Of a stretch of 64,000 bases of DNA, positions 46,855-56,837 are shown piece after piece (position 1 is the stretch's first letter; every line of letters starts with the position of its first letter). Source of the DNA: Candidatus Hydrogenedentota bacterium (lineage in GTDB: Bacteria > Hydrogenedentota > Hydrogenedentia > Hydrogenedentales > JAEUWI01); assembly GCA_034669905.1 (NCBI GenBank), contig JAXMOL010000003.1, forward strand, positions 64,001-128,000, given 5' to 3'. The position numbers were made by a program, and so were the translations under genes. The notes under the pieces are model-generated. The model searched no databases, was not told where the DNA came from, and saw only the letters and a list, made by a program, of their open reading frames with translations.

Positions 46855-47817
46855 CTATTTGCCCAGCTTCAATTCCTTGAAGACAGCGATGTTGTAGTAG
46901 GCGTCCTGGTCCAGGTCCCCGTAGTGTTCCTGCTGGGCGTGGAGGGCCTTGACGATGCCGGTGATGGGGTGCTTGGGCTGGAAGCCGAGGTAGGTGCGGG
47001 CTTTCTCACAGGTGACCTTATAATTTCGGAAGTCCTGCACATTGTTAATCTGGACCCGAATCTTCTCGCCCGTGCACGCTTCTACTTCATCCTTCACAAA
47101 GTCAGCCACCTGGCCCACAGTGAAGTTGTCTTTTGCCACGTTGAAGATACCGCTGATGCTTTGGTCCGCCTGGATGGCGCGCAGGAATGCGCTCGACGTG
47201 TCCCGCACATCGATAATGGGACGCCAGATGGAGGGATTGTTCACCGTGATTTTTTTCTCCTGGAGGGCGCACTTAAACATGGTGTTGACGATGAGGTCGA
47301 AGCGCATGCGGGGGCTGTGTCCACAGACCGTGCCCTGGCGCAAGGCGATGGTGGAGAAGGTGTGATCCTGTAGCTGCAGGACGCCATGCTCCCCCTCCAG
47401 CTTGGAGATGCCATAGGGGTAGGCGCAGGTGACCGGGGCCTTCTCGTCGTAGAGCTCGTTGACGGTGTAGCCATAGACCGAGCAGGAGGAGGCATAGACA
47501 AAGCGCTTCACGCCCGCCTGTTTCGCCTGAAAGGCCAGGTAGGAGGGCAGGGCACCGTTCTGGATAAAGTTCTGGGCCGGGCTGAATTCCGCCATGGGGT
47601 CGTTGGAGAGGCCGGCCAGAAAAATCACCTGCTCATAGCCCCGCAGATCCTCGACCCCGAGGTCGAAGAGATCCTTCTGGATCACCGTCGTGCCTTCGGG
47701 CAGGTGATTGCCAAACCAGAGCAGATCGACCACGTCCACGTCATAGCCGTGTTCCTGGAGGATGGGCACGAGCACCGAGCCAATATAACCGGCACCGCCG
47801 GCGACCATTATCCGCAT
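46855..47817 (-). CDS. NAD-dependent epimerase/dehydratase (extended SDR)
   Basis: GGAGYIGS, LSNDP, ASSCSVYG, YGISK and SPRMRFDL motifs. Confidence 0.9.
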   Translation of the reverse strand: MRIMVAGGAGYIGSVLVPILQEHGYDVDVVDLLWFGNHLPEGTTVIQKDLFDLGVEDLRGYEQVIFLAGLSNDPMAEFSPAQNFIQNGALPSYLAFQAKQAGVKRFVYASSCSVYGYTVNELYDEKAPVTCAYPYGISKLEGEHGVLQLQDHTFSTIALRQGTVCGHSPRMRFDLIVNTMFKCALQEKKITVNNPSIWRPIIDVRDTSSAFLRAIQADQSISGIFNVAKDNFTVGQVADFVKDEVEACTGEKIRVQINNVQDFRNYKVTCEKARTYLGFQPKHPITGIVKALHAQQEHYGDLDQDAYYNIAVFKELKLGK

Positions 47818-48065
47818 GAGGAATCCCTTTTCCACGATGGCCCCATGGGTGGGTGCCCGGTCGTGATTGTCCCAGCGCATCCGTGCGTCGGGTGATGGTC
47901 AGTATACCAAGGGATCCGCGCCGCGACACAACGCCACCCGCATGCGGTGATAGGCGTGGCTGTGGTAGGCTGGGGAAGGGACCCGAGTAGAGCGTTTCCG
48001 CACTGATTGGTGCCGTCCATGAGCCGGAGTTTTTCTGTCGGGGAATTACTGAAATACCGCTCAGT

Positions 48066-48286
48066 CCCCGTGCCATGTCATAGACGCGCCGCAGGAGGGC
48101 GATGCCGAGTAGAACGAGGTTTCGTGTGCGTGGAGCAAAGGAGAATTTCTCGCTACGAGACACACTAAATGAGGGCTCCAATGAGCCTGCGGACGGAAAT
48201 GGCCGCCCGAACGGGGTCAACTTTCATGGCCCGCTGTTGGTTGGGCTCCATGCACACGAATCGACGGGGTCGAATCGCGTGGCACG
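48066..48286. repeat. Repeat family A inverted pair
   Basis: + copy at 48099-48136 (CCCCGTGCCA head at 48066) and - copy at 48245-48286. Confidence 0.75.
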
Positions 48287-48381
48287 ATAGTGACTCGGCG
48301 TAGGTCTTCAAGATTCAAGATGCACCAACCAGAAAAGTTAGTTGCGACAAAATCCCCAAACCCCATTAAGACCTGGAGCGT

Positions 48382-49299
48382 ATGACCGTGTTTCGATTTG
48401 CCCTGTTTTCCTTGTTGCTGATTGTCCCGTGTGTTTCCCTGGCGGCCCCCGTTTTCCCGTCAGTCGAAGTGGTGCCCCTGCCCTATAAACAGATGGCCTT
48501 TGAAATCGACGGGGCCGAAGTGGCCCGGTTTCACGGAGGCACCAGCGAGCCCAAGTCCTTCCTCTATCCCCTCATCGGACCGGCCGGGAAACGGCTGACC
48601 ACCATGTCGCACCCCGTCGATCCCCATGGACACCGCCACCACCGCTCAGTCTGGGTGGGGCACCGTGACGTGAATGGGCATAATTTCTGGGAGGAGACGG
48701 ACGGCAGCCGTATCGAAATGACCCAACTGGAAGCCTACGGACACGAGGAAGGCGCGGCATGGTTTCGGGCGGCCCATGCGTGGAAGAATCCCGCCGGGGA
48801 AGTGGTGCTCAAGGAAGAACGCACCTTCCGGGTGACGAAACAAGCCGCCGGGGCCTACTATCTTGACCTGACGATGCTTTTTCGCGTGGGAGACAAGGGC
48901 GCCGTGACTTTCGGTAAAACGCCCTACGGCCTCCTCGGCGTGCGGGTGAGCCCTACGGTTTCCGTGACCTTTGGCGGGGGGAAGATTATCAATGCGGAAG
49001 GCGATGAGAACGAAGCGGGGGTCCATTGGAAGGCCTCCCGCTGGGCGGACTATTCCGGGCCGGTCGCGCCGGAAGTGATCAACGGCGCAGCGTTTTTTGA
49101 CCATCCCGATAACCCGGGCTTTCCCGCGACCTATCACGTGCGCGATGAAGGGTGGATGAGCGCTTCTTTCACCTACGATGCGCCCTACGTGTTAGAGCCG
49201 GGTGCTTCGCTTACCCTGCGCTACCGCATTTATGTCCACGGCTCCGAAGAAACGCCGGAGACGCTGGATGGGCACTGGAAGCAGTTCTCGGAAAAGTGA
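48382..49299 (+). CDS. Secreted PF14100 ('PmoA-like'/DUF6807) family protein; not a true methane monooxygenase
   Basis: Signal peptide; LYPL.GP.G, H.HHRS.W, YG.LGVR, W.DYSG and DHP.NP motifs. Confidence 0.7.
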   Translation: MTVFRFALFSLLLIVPCVSLAAPVFPSVEVVPLPYKQMAFEIDGAEVARFHGGTSEPKSFLYPLIGPAGKRLTTMSHPVDPHGHRHHRSVWVGHRDVNGHNFWEETDGSRIEMTQLEAYGHEEGAAWFRAAHAWKNPAGEVVLKEERTFRVTKQAAGAYYLDLTMLFRVGDKGAVTFGKTPYGLLGVRVSPTVSVTFGGGKIINAEGDENEAGVHWKASRWADYSGPVAPEVINGAAFFDHPDNPGFPATYHVRDEGWMSASFTYDAPYVLEPGASLTLRYRIYVHGSEETPETLDGHWKQFSEK

Positions 49300-49303
49300 G
49301 TGT

Positions 49304-50137
49304 CTAATAGCGCGCCCGAAGATAGCGGACATAGGCACTGCCCCAGCCCCGCAGTAACAACGCCACGTCATCCAGCCGACCCCGGGCCGTCCACCAGACG
49401 GCCCGTGTGAGCAGCCAGGTGCCATTGGCCAGGCTGAACGTCACACTGCGCAGGATGTCGTCCTCATAGGTCTTTAACATGGCGTAGGTACTATGGGCCT
49501 CCTGGAGCCGAATGGCATCACCCGTTTTGCGCTCCGTGCCGTGATGACGAAAGACCGCATCCGCCACGAAGGTAAAGGGGTGCCCGGCACAGGCCGCCCG
49601 GATGCACAGATCGCTATCCTCAAAGTAGTACGGCAACTCTTCGTCAAAGCCGCCGAGGGCCTGGAAGAGGTTCCGGGGTACGGCGAGGTTACAGCTGGGG
49701 CCCGTGTTGGCCCGCTCCGGTGGGCAGGGCAGACTCTTTCCGATAAAGGTGGCCCGTCGGGGCACGGACTGCGTGCGCCCACTGCGGAAGTCGACCACAT
49801 TTCCCAATAGCAGGTGTGTCCCGGTATGGGCGGACAGCATGGCGTCGAGCCAGTTGGATTCCACGACCCCATCGGAATCCAGAAAGAGGAGCAGGTGGCC
49901 GCGTGCCACTTCGGCGCCCCGATTGCGCCCGTAGGCGGGGCCCATGGAGCGGGCGAGGGAAAGGACGCGAACGGAAGGGAAATCGAGGGCGAGTTTCGCG
50001 GTCGTCCCATCGGTGGAGGCGTCATCGATAACCAGGATTTCCACGTCGGCGTCTTCGATAGCGGACATCAGGGAAAGCAGCAACGCCTTGAGTAAGGTGT
50101 AGCGGTTGTAGGTAGGGATAATCACGGAGGCGCGCAC
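49304..50137 (-). CDS. Glycosyltransferase family 2
   Basis: SVIIPTYNR, VIDDASTD, RNRG, FLDSD and GGFDE..EDSDLC motifs; start uncertain. Confidence 0.88.
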   Translation of the reverse strand: MRASVIIPTYNRYTLLKALLLSLMSAIEDADVEILVIDDASTDGTTAKLALDFPSVRVLSLARSMGPAYGRNRGAEVARGHLLLFLDSDGVVESNWLDAMLSAHTGTHLLLGNVVDFRSGRTQSVPRRATFIGKSLPCPPERANTGPSCNLAVPRNLFQALGGFDEELPYYFEDSDLCIRAACAGHPFTFVADAVFRHHGTERKTGDAIRLQEAHSTYAMLKTYEDDILRSVTFSLANGTWLLTRAVWWTARGRLDDVALLLRGWGSAYVRYLRARY

Positions 50138-50311
50138 CAGGGGGCTCCTGTTTTTTTGGGGGGCGATACGAAAAATGCGTTTAGTCAAAGACCGGGGAAG
50201 GGAGCGAATTCTGTCTGCATTTCCTGTTGTGGTGTTATTGGGAAAGGGCCGAATCCTGTGCTATCCTAGGCCCAACATCACATTCAGGGGGCCGGGCCAG
50301 GAGCGGTTATT

Positions 50312-51613
50312 ATGAATCCTATTACCCGTAGTATAGCGCAGGAAGCACCGACGACGGAGCAGGCAGACAGCCTGGATTCGGATGTCGTATTGGGGGCCAG
50401 CGCCAGTCATTTGTTGTTGGCCATATCGCAGGTGGATCTGGCCGTACTCATTGCCAACCTCGCCGGTGATATTACCTATATAAACCCCCGCTTTACCACA
50501 CTCACTGGCTATTGCGCCCGGGATATTCTGGGTGAGTCACTGGATACCCTACGCAGCGAGGTGCACGGGCACCGCTTTTACCGGAGAATCCGGCGCGCGC
50601 TGCTGGCAGGTGAAACCTGGTCGGGCCGGGTGACCCTCCGTAAGCAAGATGGCACCGGGTACCATTCGCGCAGCATCATTTCTCCCTTGCGAAACCGCGC
50701 GGGTGAGACCACGGGATACAGCGTATTCTTCCGCGATACGACGGAAGAACTGAAGCTGGAAGCCCAGTTGCGGCAGGTTCAGAAAATGGAAGCCATCGGC
50801 GAAATGGCCGCGGGCATCGCCCACGAAATCAACACCCCGATCCAATATGTGGGCGACAACATCCAATTCCTGCATGAAGCGATGGGCGACATGGTGCGGC
50901 TGGTGACGGCCTACGAGGAAATTTGTGCGAAGGCGCGCACCCAATCGATCGACCCCGCTGCTCTCGATGCGGTCGCGGCGTTGCGCCAGGAAATCGACTG
51001 GGACTTTTTGCAGGAAGAAGTGCCCGCTGCGATTGCGCAGGCCCTGGAAGGACGTAACCGGGTGGCGGAAATCGTACGGGCCATGAAAGAATTTGCTCAC
51101 CCCGGCGACGAGACCCTGACCCCGATCGACTTGAACCACGCGATCGAAAATACCCTGGCCGTATCCCGCAGCGAATGGAAACTCATTGCCTCGGTCGAGA
51201 CCCAACTGCAGGCAGACTTGCCGGCCGTGCCCTGCTTTCCTGGCTCTTTTAATCAGGTGCTCCTGAACCTCGTGGTCAACGCGGCCCACGCCATCCAGGA
51301 TTGCCACACGGACGGCGCATCAAAAAAAGGCTGTATCACGATTGCCACGGCGGTGGTGGGCAATGCGGTGGAACTACGGGTGCAGGATACGGGGTGTGGG
51401 ATTCCAGAGGAGCAGGTGAGCCGCATTTTCGAGCCGTTTTTTACGACCAAAGATATTGGAAAAGGCACCGGACAAGGACTCGCCCTGACCCATTCCGTCA
51501 TCGTCGAGCGAATGGGAGGGAGTATCGAGGTGGAGTCGGCCGTGGGTGAAGGGACGACTTTCATACTCAAGCTACCGCTCCGGCCCGGTAAGGGAACAGG
51601 GAGTAGTACGTGA
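50312..51613 (+). CDS. PAS-domain sensor histidine kinase
   Basis: PAS; QKMEAIGEMAAGIAHEINTP; N/G1/F/G2 boxes. Confidence 0.92.
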   Translation: MNPITRSIAQEAPTTEQADSLDSDVVLGASASHLLLAISQVDLAVLIANLAGDITYINPRFTTLTGYCARDILGESLDTLRSEVHGHRFYRRIRRALLAGETWSGRVTLRKQDGTGYHSRSIISPLRNRAGETTGYSVFFRDTTEELKLEAQLRQVQKMEAIGEMAAGIAHEINTPIQYVGDNIQFLHEAMGDMVRLVTAYEEICAKARTQSIDPAALDAVAALRQEIDWDFLQEEVPAAIAQALEGRNRVAEIVRAMKEFAHPGDETLTPIDLNHAIENTLAVSRSEWKLIASVETQLQADLPAVPCFPGSFNQVLLNLVVNAAHAIQDCHTDGASKKGCITIATAVVGNAVELRVQDTGCGIPEEQVSRIFEPFFTTKDIGKGTGQGLALTHSVIVERMGGSIEVESAVGEGTTFILKLPLRPGKGTGSST

Positions 51614-52821
51614 CGGTCCATAATTCAGAAGCGTCCGCCCGCCGAATGGGGGACGCGGTGTCTCCGCGAAAGCAGATTCTCTTCGTGGATGATGAGCCTA
51701 ACTTCCTCGCCGGCCTGCGCCGTATGTTGCGAAGCTACCGGGATCGGTGGGAGTTACATTTCGCCGAGGGGGTGGATGCCGCCCTCGCGCGTTGTCGTGA
51801 AATTGAATTCGACACCATCGTGTCGGATGTCAATATGCCGGAGCGCGATGGATTTGATTTGCTGGCCGCCCTGAAGCGCGATGCGCTGACCCGGGATATC
51901 CCGGTCATCATCCTGACGGGGAACGCGGAAAACGATCTGAAACGGCGGGCCCTGGACAATGGCGCGACCGACCTGCTGAACAAGCCGGTGAGTATGGAAG
52001 ATCTGACGGCCCGGTTGCGCAATGCCACCCGACTGAAAGAATACGAAGATATTTTGCGCAACCAGAATGTCGTGCTCGAAAAGAAGGTGCGGGAACGGAC
52101 CGCGGCGCTCGAGCATTCCCGCCTCGACATCATCTGGCGGCTCGCAAAAGCGGGGGAGTTTCGCGACGAAGATACGGGGGCGCACGTCATGCGGGTCGCG
52201 GCATGTTCCCGGGTTCTTTCGGAAACCATGGGGCTTGACCGTGACTTTACCGAGGCGCTCTTCACGACCAGTCCCCTCCATGATATCGGGAAGATTGGTA
52301 TTCCCGATGGTATTCTGTTGAAGTCGGGTAAACTGACGGTGGATGAACGCCACATGATGGAACGTCATTGTGAAATCGGGGCCGCCATCCTCCTGGAAAA
52401 ACCCCGGGGAACCGAATACTTCGATCTCCCCCACCCTGAGGTTGCGGAAGCATTGCATGAAGAACTCGGTTTTGGCTATGACCTGCGTATCCTGGCGGCA
52501 GAGTTGGCATTGACCCACCACGAAAAGTGGGATGGCAGCGGCTACCCCCGGGGCCTGGAGGGCAAGGCGATCCCCGTGAGTGGTCTGATTGTGGCCGTAG
52601 CGGATGTCTATGATGCACTCCGCTCCGTGCGGGCCTACAAGCCCGCTTTCTCCGTCGAGGAGACCGTCGCGAATATGATGAAGGGCAAGGGAACGCATTT
52701 CTCGCCGGAGGTACTGGAAGCCTTTGAGCAGTCCGTGGATACCTTTGAGGAAATTCGTCTTTGCCTGGATGATGTCGAGGAAACCGAAGGGGAGTCCGAT
52801 GAAACGAGTTCTATTCGTTGA
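51610..52821 (+). CDS. Response regulator with HD-GYP cyclic-di-GMP phosphodiesterase domain
   Basis: REC; RDEDTGAH, HDIGKIG, HHEKWDGSGYP and ADVYDAL motifs. Confidence 0.92.
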   Translation: MTVHNSEASARRMGDAVSPRKQILFVDDEPNFLAGLRRMLRSYRDRWELHFAEGVDAALARCREIEFDTIVSDVNMPERDGFDLLAALKRDALTRDIPVIILTGNAENDLKRRALDNGATDLLNKPVSMEDLTARLRNATRLKEYEDILRNQNVVLEKKVRERTAALEHSRLDIIWRLAKAGEFRDEDTGAHVMRVAACSRVLSETMGLDRDFTEALFTTSPLHDIGKIGIPDGILLKSGKLTVDERHMMERHCEIGAAILLEKPRGTEYFDLPHPEVAEALHEELGFGYDLRILAAELALTHHEKWDGSGYPRGLEGKAIPVSGLIVAVADVYDALRSVRAYKPAFSVEETVANMMKGKGTHFSPEVLEAFEQSVDTFEEIRLCLDDVEETEGESDETSSIR

Positions 52822-54043
52822 CGACGAAATAAACGTGCTGAACGGATTGAAACGAAGTTTGCGGACCTGTGCCCGCGACTGGTCCATGAGTTTTTGTCAA
52901 TCGGGGGAAACTGCCCTGGAGGCCATGGAGAAGTTCCCTGATTTCGATGTGGTCGTCACCGATCTCAATATGGAAGGGATGAGCGGCGCGGACTTTCTGA
53001 TGCAGGTGCGCGAGAAGTTCCCCCAAACCGTCCGCTTTGTGCTGTCGGGCAGTACGGATGCCCAGTTGCTGTTGAAAGTGTCCAACGTGGCCCATCAGAC
53101 GCTGGGGAAGCCCTGCGAGCCATCCGCTCTGTACGAGGCCATATCTCGGGCCTTCGTGTTGCGCGATCAGCTCCAGAACGAGAACATGCGTAAAATCCTG
53201 AATCGCATGGGGGACTTGCCCGCCCTGCCGGTGCTCTATGAGCAGATTGTACAGGAGATGGTACGGGAAGATGCCTCCATCGGCCGCGTCGGTAAGCTCA
53301 TTGAGCAGGAGCCGGCCATGAGCACGAAAGTGCTCCAGATTGTAAATTCGGCCTACATGGGGGTTCGAAATCCCGTCTCCAACCTGGTGCAGGCCTGTTC
53401 CATGCTCGGCCTCGAAAATCTGAAAAATATCGTGCTGATGGCCGAGGTCTTTGATCTGAGTACGGTGGGAAGACTACCCAACGGATTCTCCATTGACGCC
53501 CTCTGGAAGCACTGCCTGGACGTGGGGGAAGGCGCCCGTCAGATCGCCTCCTATGAGACCGACGATAGAACAAGTATTGACCGGGCCTTTACCGCCGGCC
53601 TGCTTCATGAAGTGGGCCAGTTGATCATGGCCAGCCAGCTCTGCGAAGGTTTCGAGGAAGCCATTGCCCATGCCCAGGCCTCTCACCTGACGTTGATGGA
53701 TGCGGAGAAAGCCATACTGGGTGTGACCCATGCCCAGGTGGGCAGTTACCTCCTCGAACTCTGGGGATTGCCCGATCCCGTCGTGGAAGCGATTGCTTTT
53801 CACGCCTTTCCGTCAGCCTGTCCGGTTGCGGCCTATAGCCTGGTGGCCTCGGGGTATGACCTGGGAGAAGAACGGGAGTTCTCCCCCATTACCGCCGTAC
53901 ACGTGGCGAATTACTTTGCCGAAGAGCGGGATGCCCTGGGCTACATTCGGTCCGACGCGGATACGACCTTTCTCGAATCCCAGGGCTATCTCGAAAAAAT
54001 GGATGTCTGGTGGGATTGCTGCAATCCCGGCGGCGTGCATTGA
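52799..54043 (+). CDS. Response regulator with HDOD domain
   Basis: REC (VDDE, D); LPALP, KVLQIVNS, AGLLHEVG and WGLP motifs. Confidence 0.9.
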   Translation: MKRVLFVDDEINVLNGLKRSLRTCARDWSMSFCQSGETALEAMEKFPDFDVVVTDLNMEGMSGADFLMQVREKFPQTVRFVLSGSTDAQLLLKVSNVAHQTLGKPCEPSALYEAISRAFVLRDQLQNENMRKILNRMGDLPALPVLYEQIVQEMVREDASIGRVGKLIEQEPAMSTKVLQIVNSAYMGVRNPVSNLVQACSMLGLENLKNIVLMAEVFDLSTVGRLPNGFSIDALWKHCLDVGEGARQIASYETDDRTSIDRAFTAGLLHEVGQLIMASQLCEGFEEAIAHAQASHLTLMDAEKAILGVTHAQVGSYLLELWGLPDPVVEAIAFHAFPSACPVAAYSLVASGYDLGEEREFSPITAVHVANYFAEERDALGYIRSDADTTFLESQGYLEKMDVWWDCCNPGGVH

Positions 54044-54058
54044 TTTCGACGAGAGGTC

Positions 54059-55270
54059 CTAGCGAAACAAATCGTCAAAGGCAACGGTCGGAAAGCTCTT
54101 GAGGGCCGAGTCGGGCGTGGCGTTTAAAATGGTGCGGCCATGCGCCACGGCCCATCGCTGCGCACAATCGAAATCCCGCTCCGCCTCTTCCGGCTCCGGG
54201 GGCAAAAACTGATTCTTTCCGCCATCCGTATAGGCCTCGGAAAAGTGGGTGGGCCGGGTCGCGTCATCGGTCGACCACAGGGCCGGGGCGCCCACCTGCT
54301 TGCTGTGGCGCTTCCACGTGCGTTGGGCGGCCAGGACCGATTCGTAGATTCGTCCGCCCCGGAGCCGACGGGTTATCCCCCGCCGGACGTGTCGGGCCCA
54401 CCGCGAATAACCCCGTTGCTTCAAGTCATACCGGTGATCCGTGCCGATCAGGATAATAGGATCACACCCCATCGTTGCGGCGATCTGGAGGAGCATGTAC
54501 GTGACCGTAAAGCCGACAAAGCACTGCTGGGGGGAATCAGAGAAAGCCCGGGCGCTGTGGCGGGGCCACAGGCAGGGCACGGGACAGGTGTTGGGGGCCT
54601 CCAACACGGAAGCGTATTCCAGGGGCAAAAATTTAACGGTCTCCTCGGGAAGCTGCGTCTCGTAGATGTCGTGATAGCGCTCAATCTGAAACTTGTCGTA
54701 AACACCCCAGTAACGAAACGGGAATCCCCATTGGGGATAGCCGAGAAAGCAGCGGTTCGAGCCGAAGGTGATTTCGTCCTTCAACCGCGACATATCCAAT
54801 TGCTGAAGACTGGGGCCATTGCCGACCACGAAACACCGCTCTCCCACGTGACGGTTGTGAAAGGAATCCAGGAGATGGGGCAGGGCGAGACGCTCTTCAC
54901 CACGGTGGGCGATGAAGCGCAGTTCGCGAAAGCCCCACTGCCACGCCTGCCGTATTAAGGGGCCATAAGGCGAGAAATCGGTCATGAGGGTCGCGGCCTG
55001 GTAACGCATGGGAACCCGATCCGGTGCCAGGGCGACGAGCAACACGGGGCACGCTTCGGCTCCAATGCGCTCCCGGAATGGTTCTGGAATGGGCTGCCCC
55101 GGCTCCAGCGGGACCAGCGAATGGATCACGGGAAAATCCGCCGCAATGGCGCAGGCGGCTTCATGGTCGGAGAGGAGGTATAGGCGGCCAGGGCCTTCCT
55201 GCTTCCGCAGCCAGCAGCGAAGCAGGTACGGATTCTCTTCACGGGGAAGATAGATAAAGGTGCTTACCAT
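54059..55270 (-). CDS. DUF115/Maf-like (MptE-like fold) putative nonulosonate transferase
   Basis: CFVVGNGPSL, FGSNR, LQIAATMGC..I.LIG.DH and ILNAT motifs. Confidence 0.65.
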   Translation of the reverse strand: MVSTFIYLPREENPYLLRCWLRKQEGPGRLYLLSDHEAACAIAADFPVIHSLVPLEPGQPIPEPFRERIGAEACPVLLVALAPDRVPMRYQAATLMTDFSPYGPLIRQAWQWGFRELRFIAHRGEERLALPHLLDSFHNRHVGERCFVVGNGPSLQQLDMSRLKDEITFGSNRCFLGYPQWGFPFRYWGVYDKFQIERYHDIYETQLPEETVKFLPLEYASVLEAPNTCPVPCLWPRHSARAFSDSPQQCFVGFTVTYMLLQIAATMGCDPIILIGTDHRYDLKQRGYSRWARHVRRGITRRLRGGRIYESVLAAQRTWKRHSKQVGAPALWSTDDATRPTHFSEAYTDGGKNQFLPPEPEEAERDFDCAQRWAVAHGRTILNATPDSALKSFPTVAFDDLFR

Positions 55271-55419
55271 CGGTGGGGTACTCCCGGGGCGGGGATTGCC
55301 GGGGAGGCGTTCAATGGTGTTGGGTTATTCAAGGAAGCGTCACTTTCCGGGGTCGGGGCCTGCTGGGATAGTAGCAGGCGGGCTCCGGCGGTGAAAAGTT
55401 TGTGTGCTCTGGTGGAAGG

Positions 55420-55456
55420 GGTGTGCAGCGTGGTGGTGTGGGCCACGCTGCACACC
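55420..55456. other. Perfect 14-bp-stem hairpin
   Basis: GGTGTGCAGCGTGG-N9-CCACGCTGCACACC. Confidence 0.75.
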
Positions 55457-55525
55457 GGGGGAGAAGCGGGTCTGATACAGACCGCATCGCGAGAAAACGC
55501 GAAACTTGGTGCGGGTCGCGTTTCC

Positions 55526-55720
55526 TCAGAAGATCGAGAGCACCGCAGAACCCTGATCACCGTTGACCAGGACCCAGCTGTGTTGATAGAAGATGATGCC
55601 AAAGACGCAGAGGGAAGGTTGGCAGATGCGTGTGAATACTTTTTTCCCACAGAAGGTGGAGAGGTACCAGGCGCGGATGGGCGACTGGGTGCGAATAACG
55701 TTTTGCGCGGTGGAATTCAT
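55526..55720 (-). CDS. Small hypothetical protein (64 aa)
   Basis: AGAAGG RBS; strongly C-ending codons; sigma54-type promoter upstream; hairpins downstream. Confidence 0.55.
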   Translation of the reverse strand: MNSTAQNVIRTQSPIRAWYLSTFCGKKVFTRICQPSLCVFGIIFYQHSWVLVNGDQGSAVLSIF

Positions 55721-55781
55721 GGCGTTGGACCTTCTCTAATCTGTTGGTTGTCTTGGAGCAACGTGTCAACAGATTACCTAA

Positions 55782-55797
55782 TGCCAGTCCTGTGCCA
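55782..55797 (-). promoter_or_regulatory. sigma54-type promoter
   Basis: Minus strand TGGCAC-AGGAC-TGGCA (GG-N10-GC preserved, one mismatch). Confidence 0.5.
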
Positions 55798-55968
55798 AAT
55801 GTGTTGGGGCTTTTTCTAAGTGGTTTATGTGGCGTGCTTTATGGTGCATGGGTATGCGCGGTGTCTGTGTCGCTCTCCGTGGAGCGGTCCAATTCTTGTC
55901 CAAAATTGTACAAATTCTGCGCTTCCAGGCGGCGCCGTACAAATATGTCGATAATCGGGGCGCGCCTT

Positions 55969-56427
55969 CTATACGCCAAATTGTCGAAGATGGTGATCCA
56001 TGTGAACGCCATGGACCCGCGCCCACTTACGAAGGGGAATGTGACCGAGAAGGGGGCTGAAACCCCGTTGTTCGGGCGTCGCTTCCAATTGCTGGACAAA
56101 ACGGTCGATGGCTTCGGTACAGGCCTGCCGGGCGCCCGTCAGATCGTCTTGCGCTGCCGGGAAAAACGCCGGAGGAGCCTCCAATTTGCCCTTGGGCCAG
56201 TTGGTAAACCAGTTGAAGAAGAGCACCCACATGAGGAATCCGGGCATCGGTACGGGTAACTTTTCCGCCTCTCGCTCGCCGAGAGAGAGCTCCAACAGGA
56301 AGAGGAGGTGTCGGAGCGTTTCCTCCGGTGACATCGTTCCCCATTGCCGCTGGTCCACGGATTGGATTTGTTCTACCCGCGCCTTGAATGCGGCCCCACT
56401 CTCTTTATTCAAGTCCAGTTTAGCCAC
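55969..56427 (-). CDS. DinB/DUF1569 family protein
   Basis: QWGTMS..LRH and terminal HMDHHLRQFGV. Confidence 0.85.
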   Translation of the reverse strand: MAKLDLNKESGAAFKARVEQIQSVDQRQWGTMSPEETLRHLLFLLELSLGEREAEKLPVPMPGFLMWVLFFNWFTNWPKGKLEAPPAFFPAAQDDLTGARQACTEAIDRFVQQLEATPEQRGFSPLLGHIPLRKWARVHGVHMDHHLRQFGV

Positions 56428-56776
56428 GAGCTGCTTCCTTTCGCGGTAGTCCTTCGGGTGCGATGGGTTCACGGCAATCTACCCCGGAGTCTACGGTGGA
56501 GTCAAGCGGGGGCGCTGGCGCCATAGTATGGCCGATAGGCCCGGTGGGCCAAATGACGGGGTATCATTTTTCGGGGGCGCGGGGGACCGTCTTAAGTGCC
56601 GGTTGTGAAAGGGGTTGACGAATTTCTGACACCTGCGGTTTTTTGGAAAGGGAGGGGGGAAAGTTACACGAATCGGTGTTTCGTGACAAATTTTGTTTCT
56701 GTTTTCCGGGGGCCCGGGGCGGGGTTCATCGGATAAGTAACGTGATGCCCGCGACATAGGCAGATCCGGCTGGAGG

Positions 56777-56792
56777 TGGCACATGACTTGCT
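56777..56792 (+). promoter_or_regulatory. sigma54 promoter of the pilin gene
   Basis: Perfect consensus TGGCAC-ATGAC-TTGCT 45 nt upstream of the ATG. Confidence 0.75.
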
Positions 56793-56837
56793 CCCAAGGG
56801 ACAGCAGCCTCATAACAAATCCCCGGGAGATAGTGAT

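Noticed and set aside
48382..49299. Methane monooxygenase subunit
   Set aside because: Soluble secreted protein of a misleadingly named family; no TM helices and no pmoB/pmoC
55340..55528. UGA followed by a hairpin as a possible SECIS/selenocysteine readthrough
   Set aside because: The readthrough product is not protein-like, runs through another hairpin, and lacks a redox-motif context
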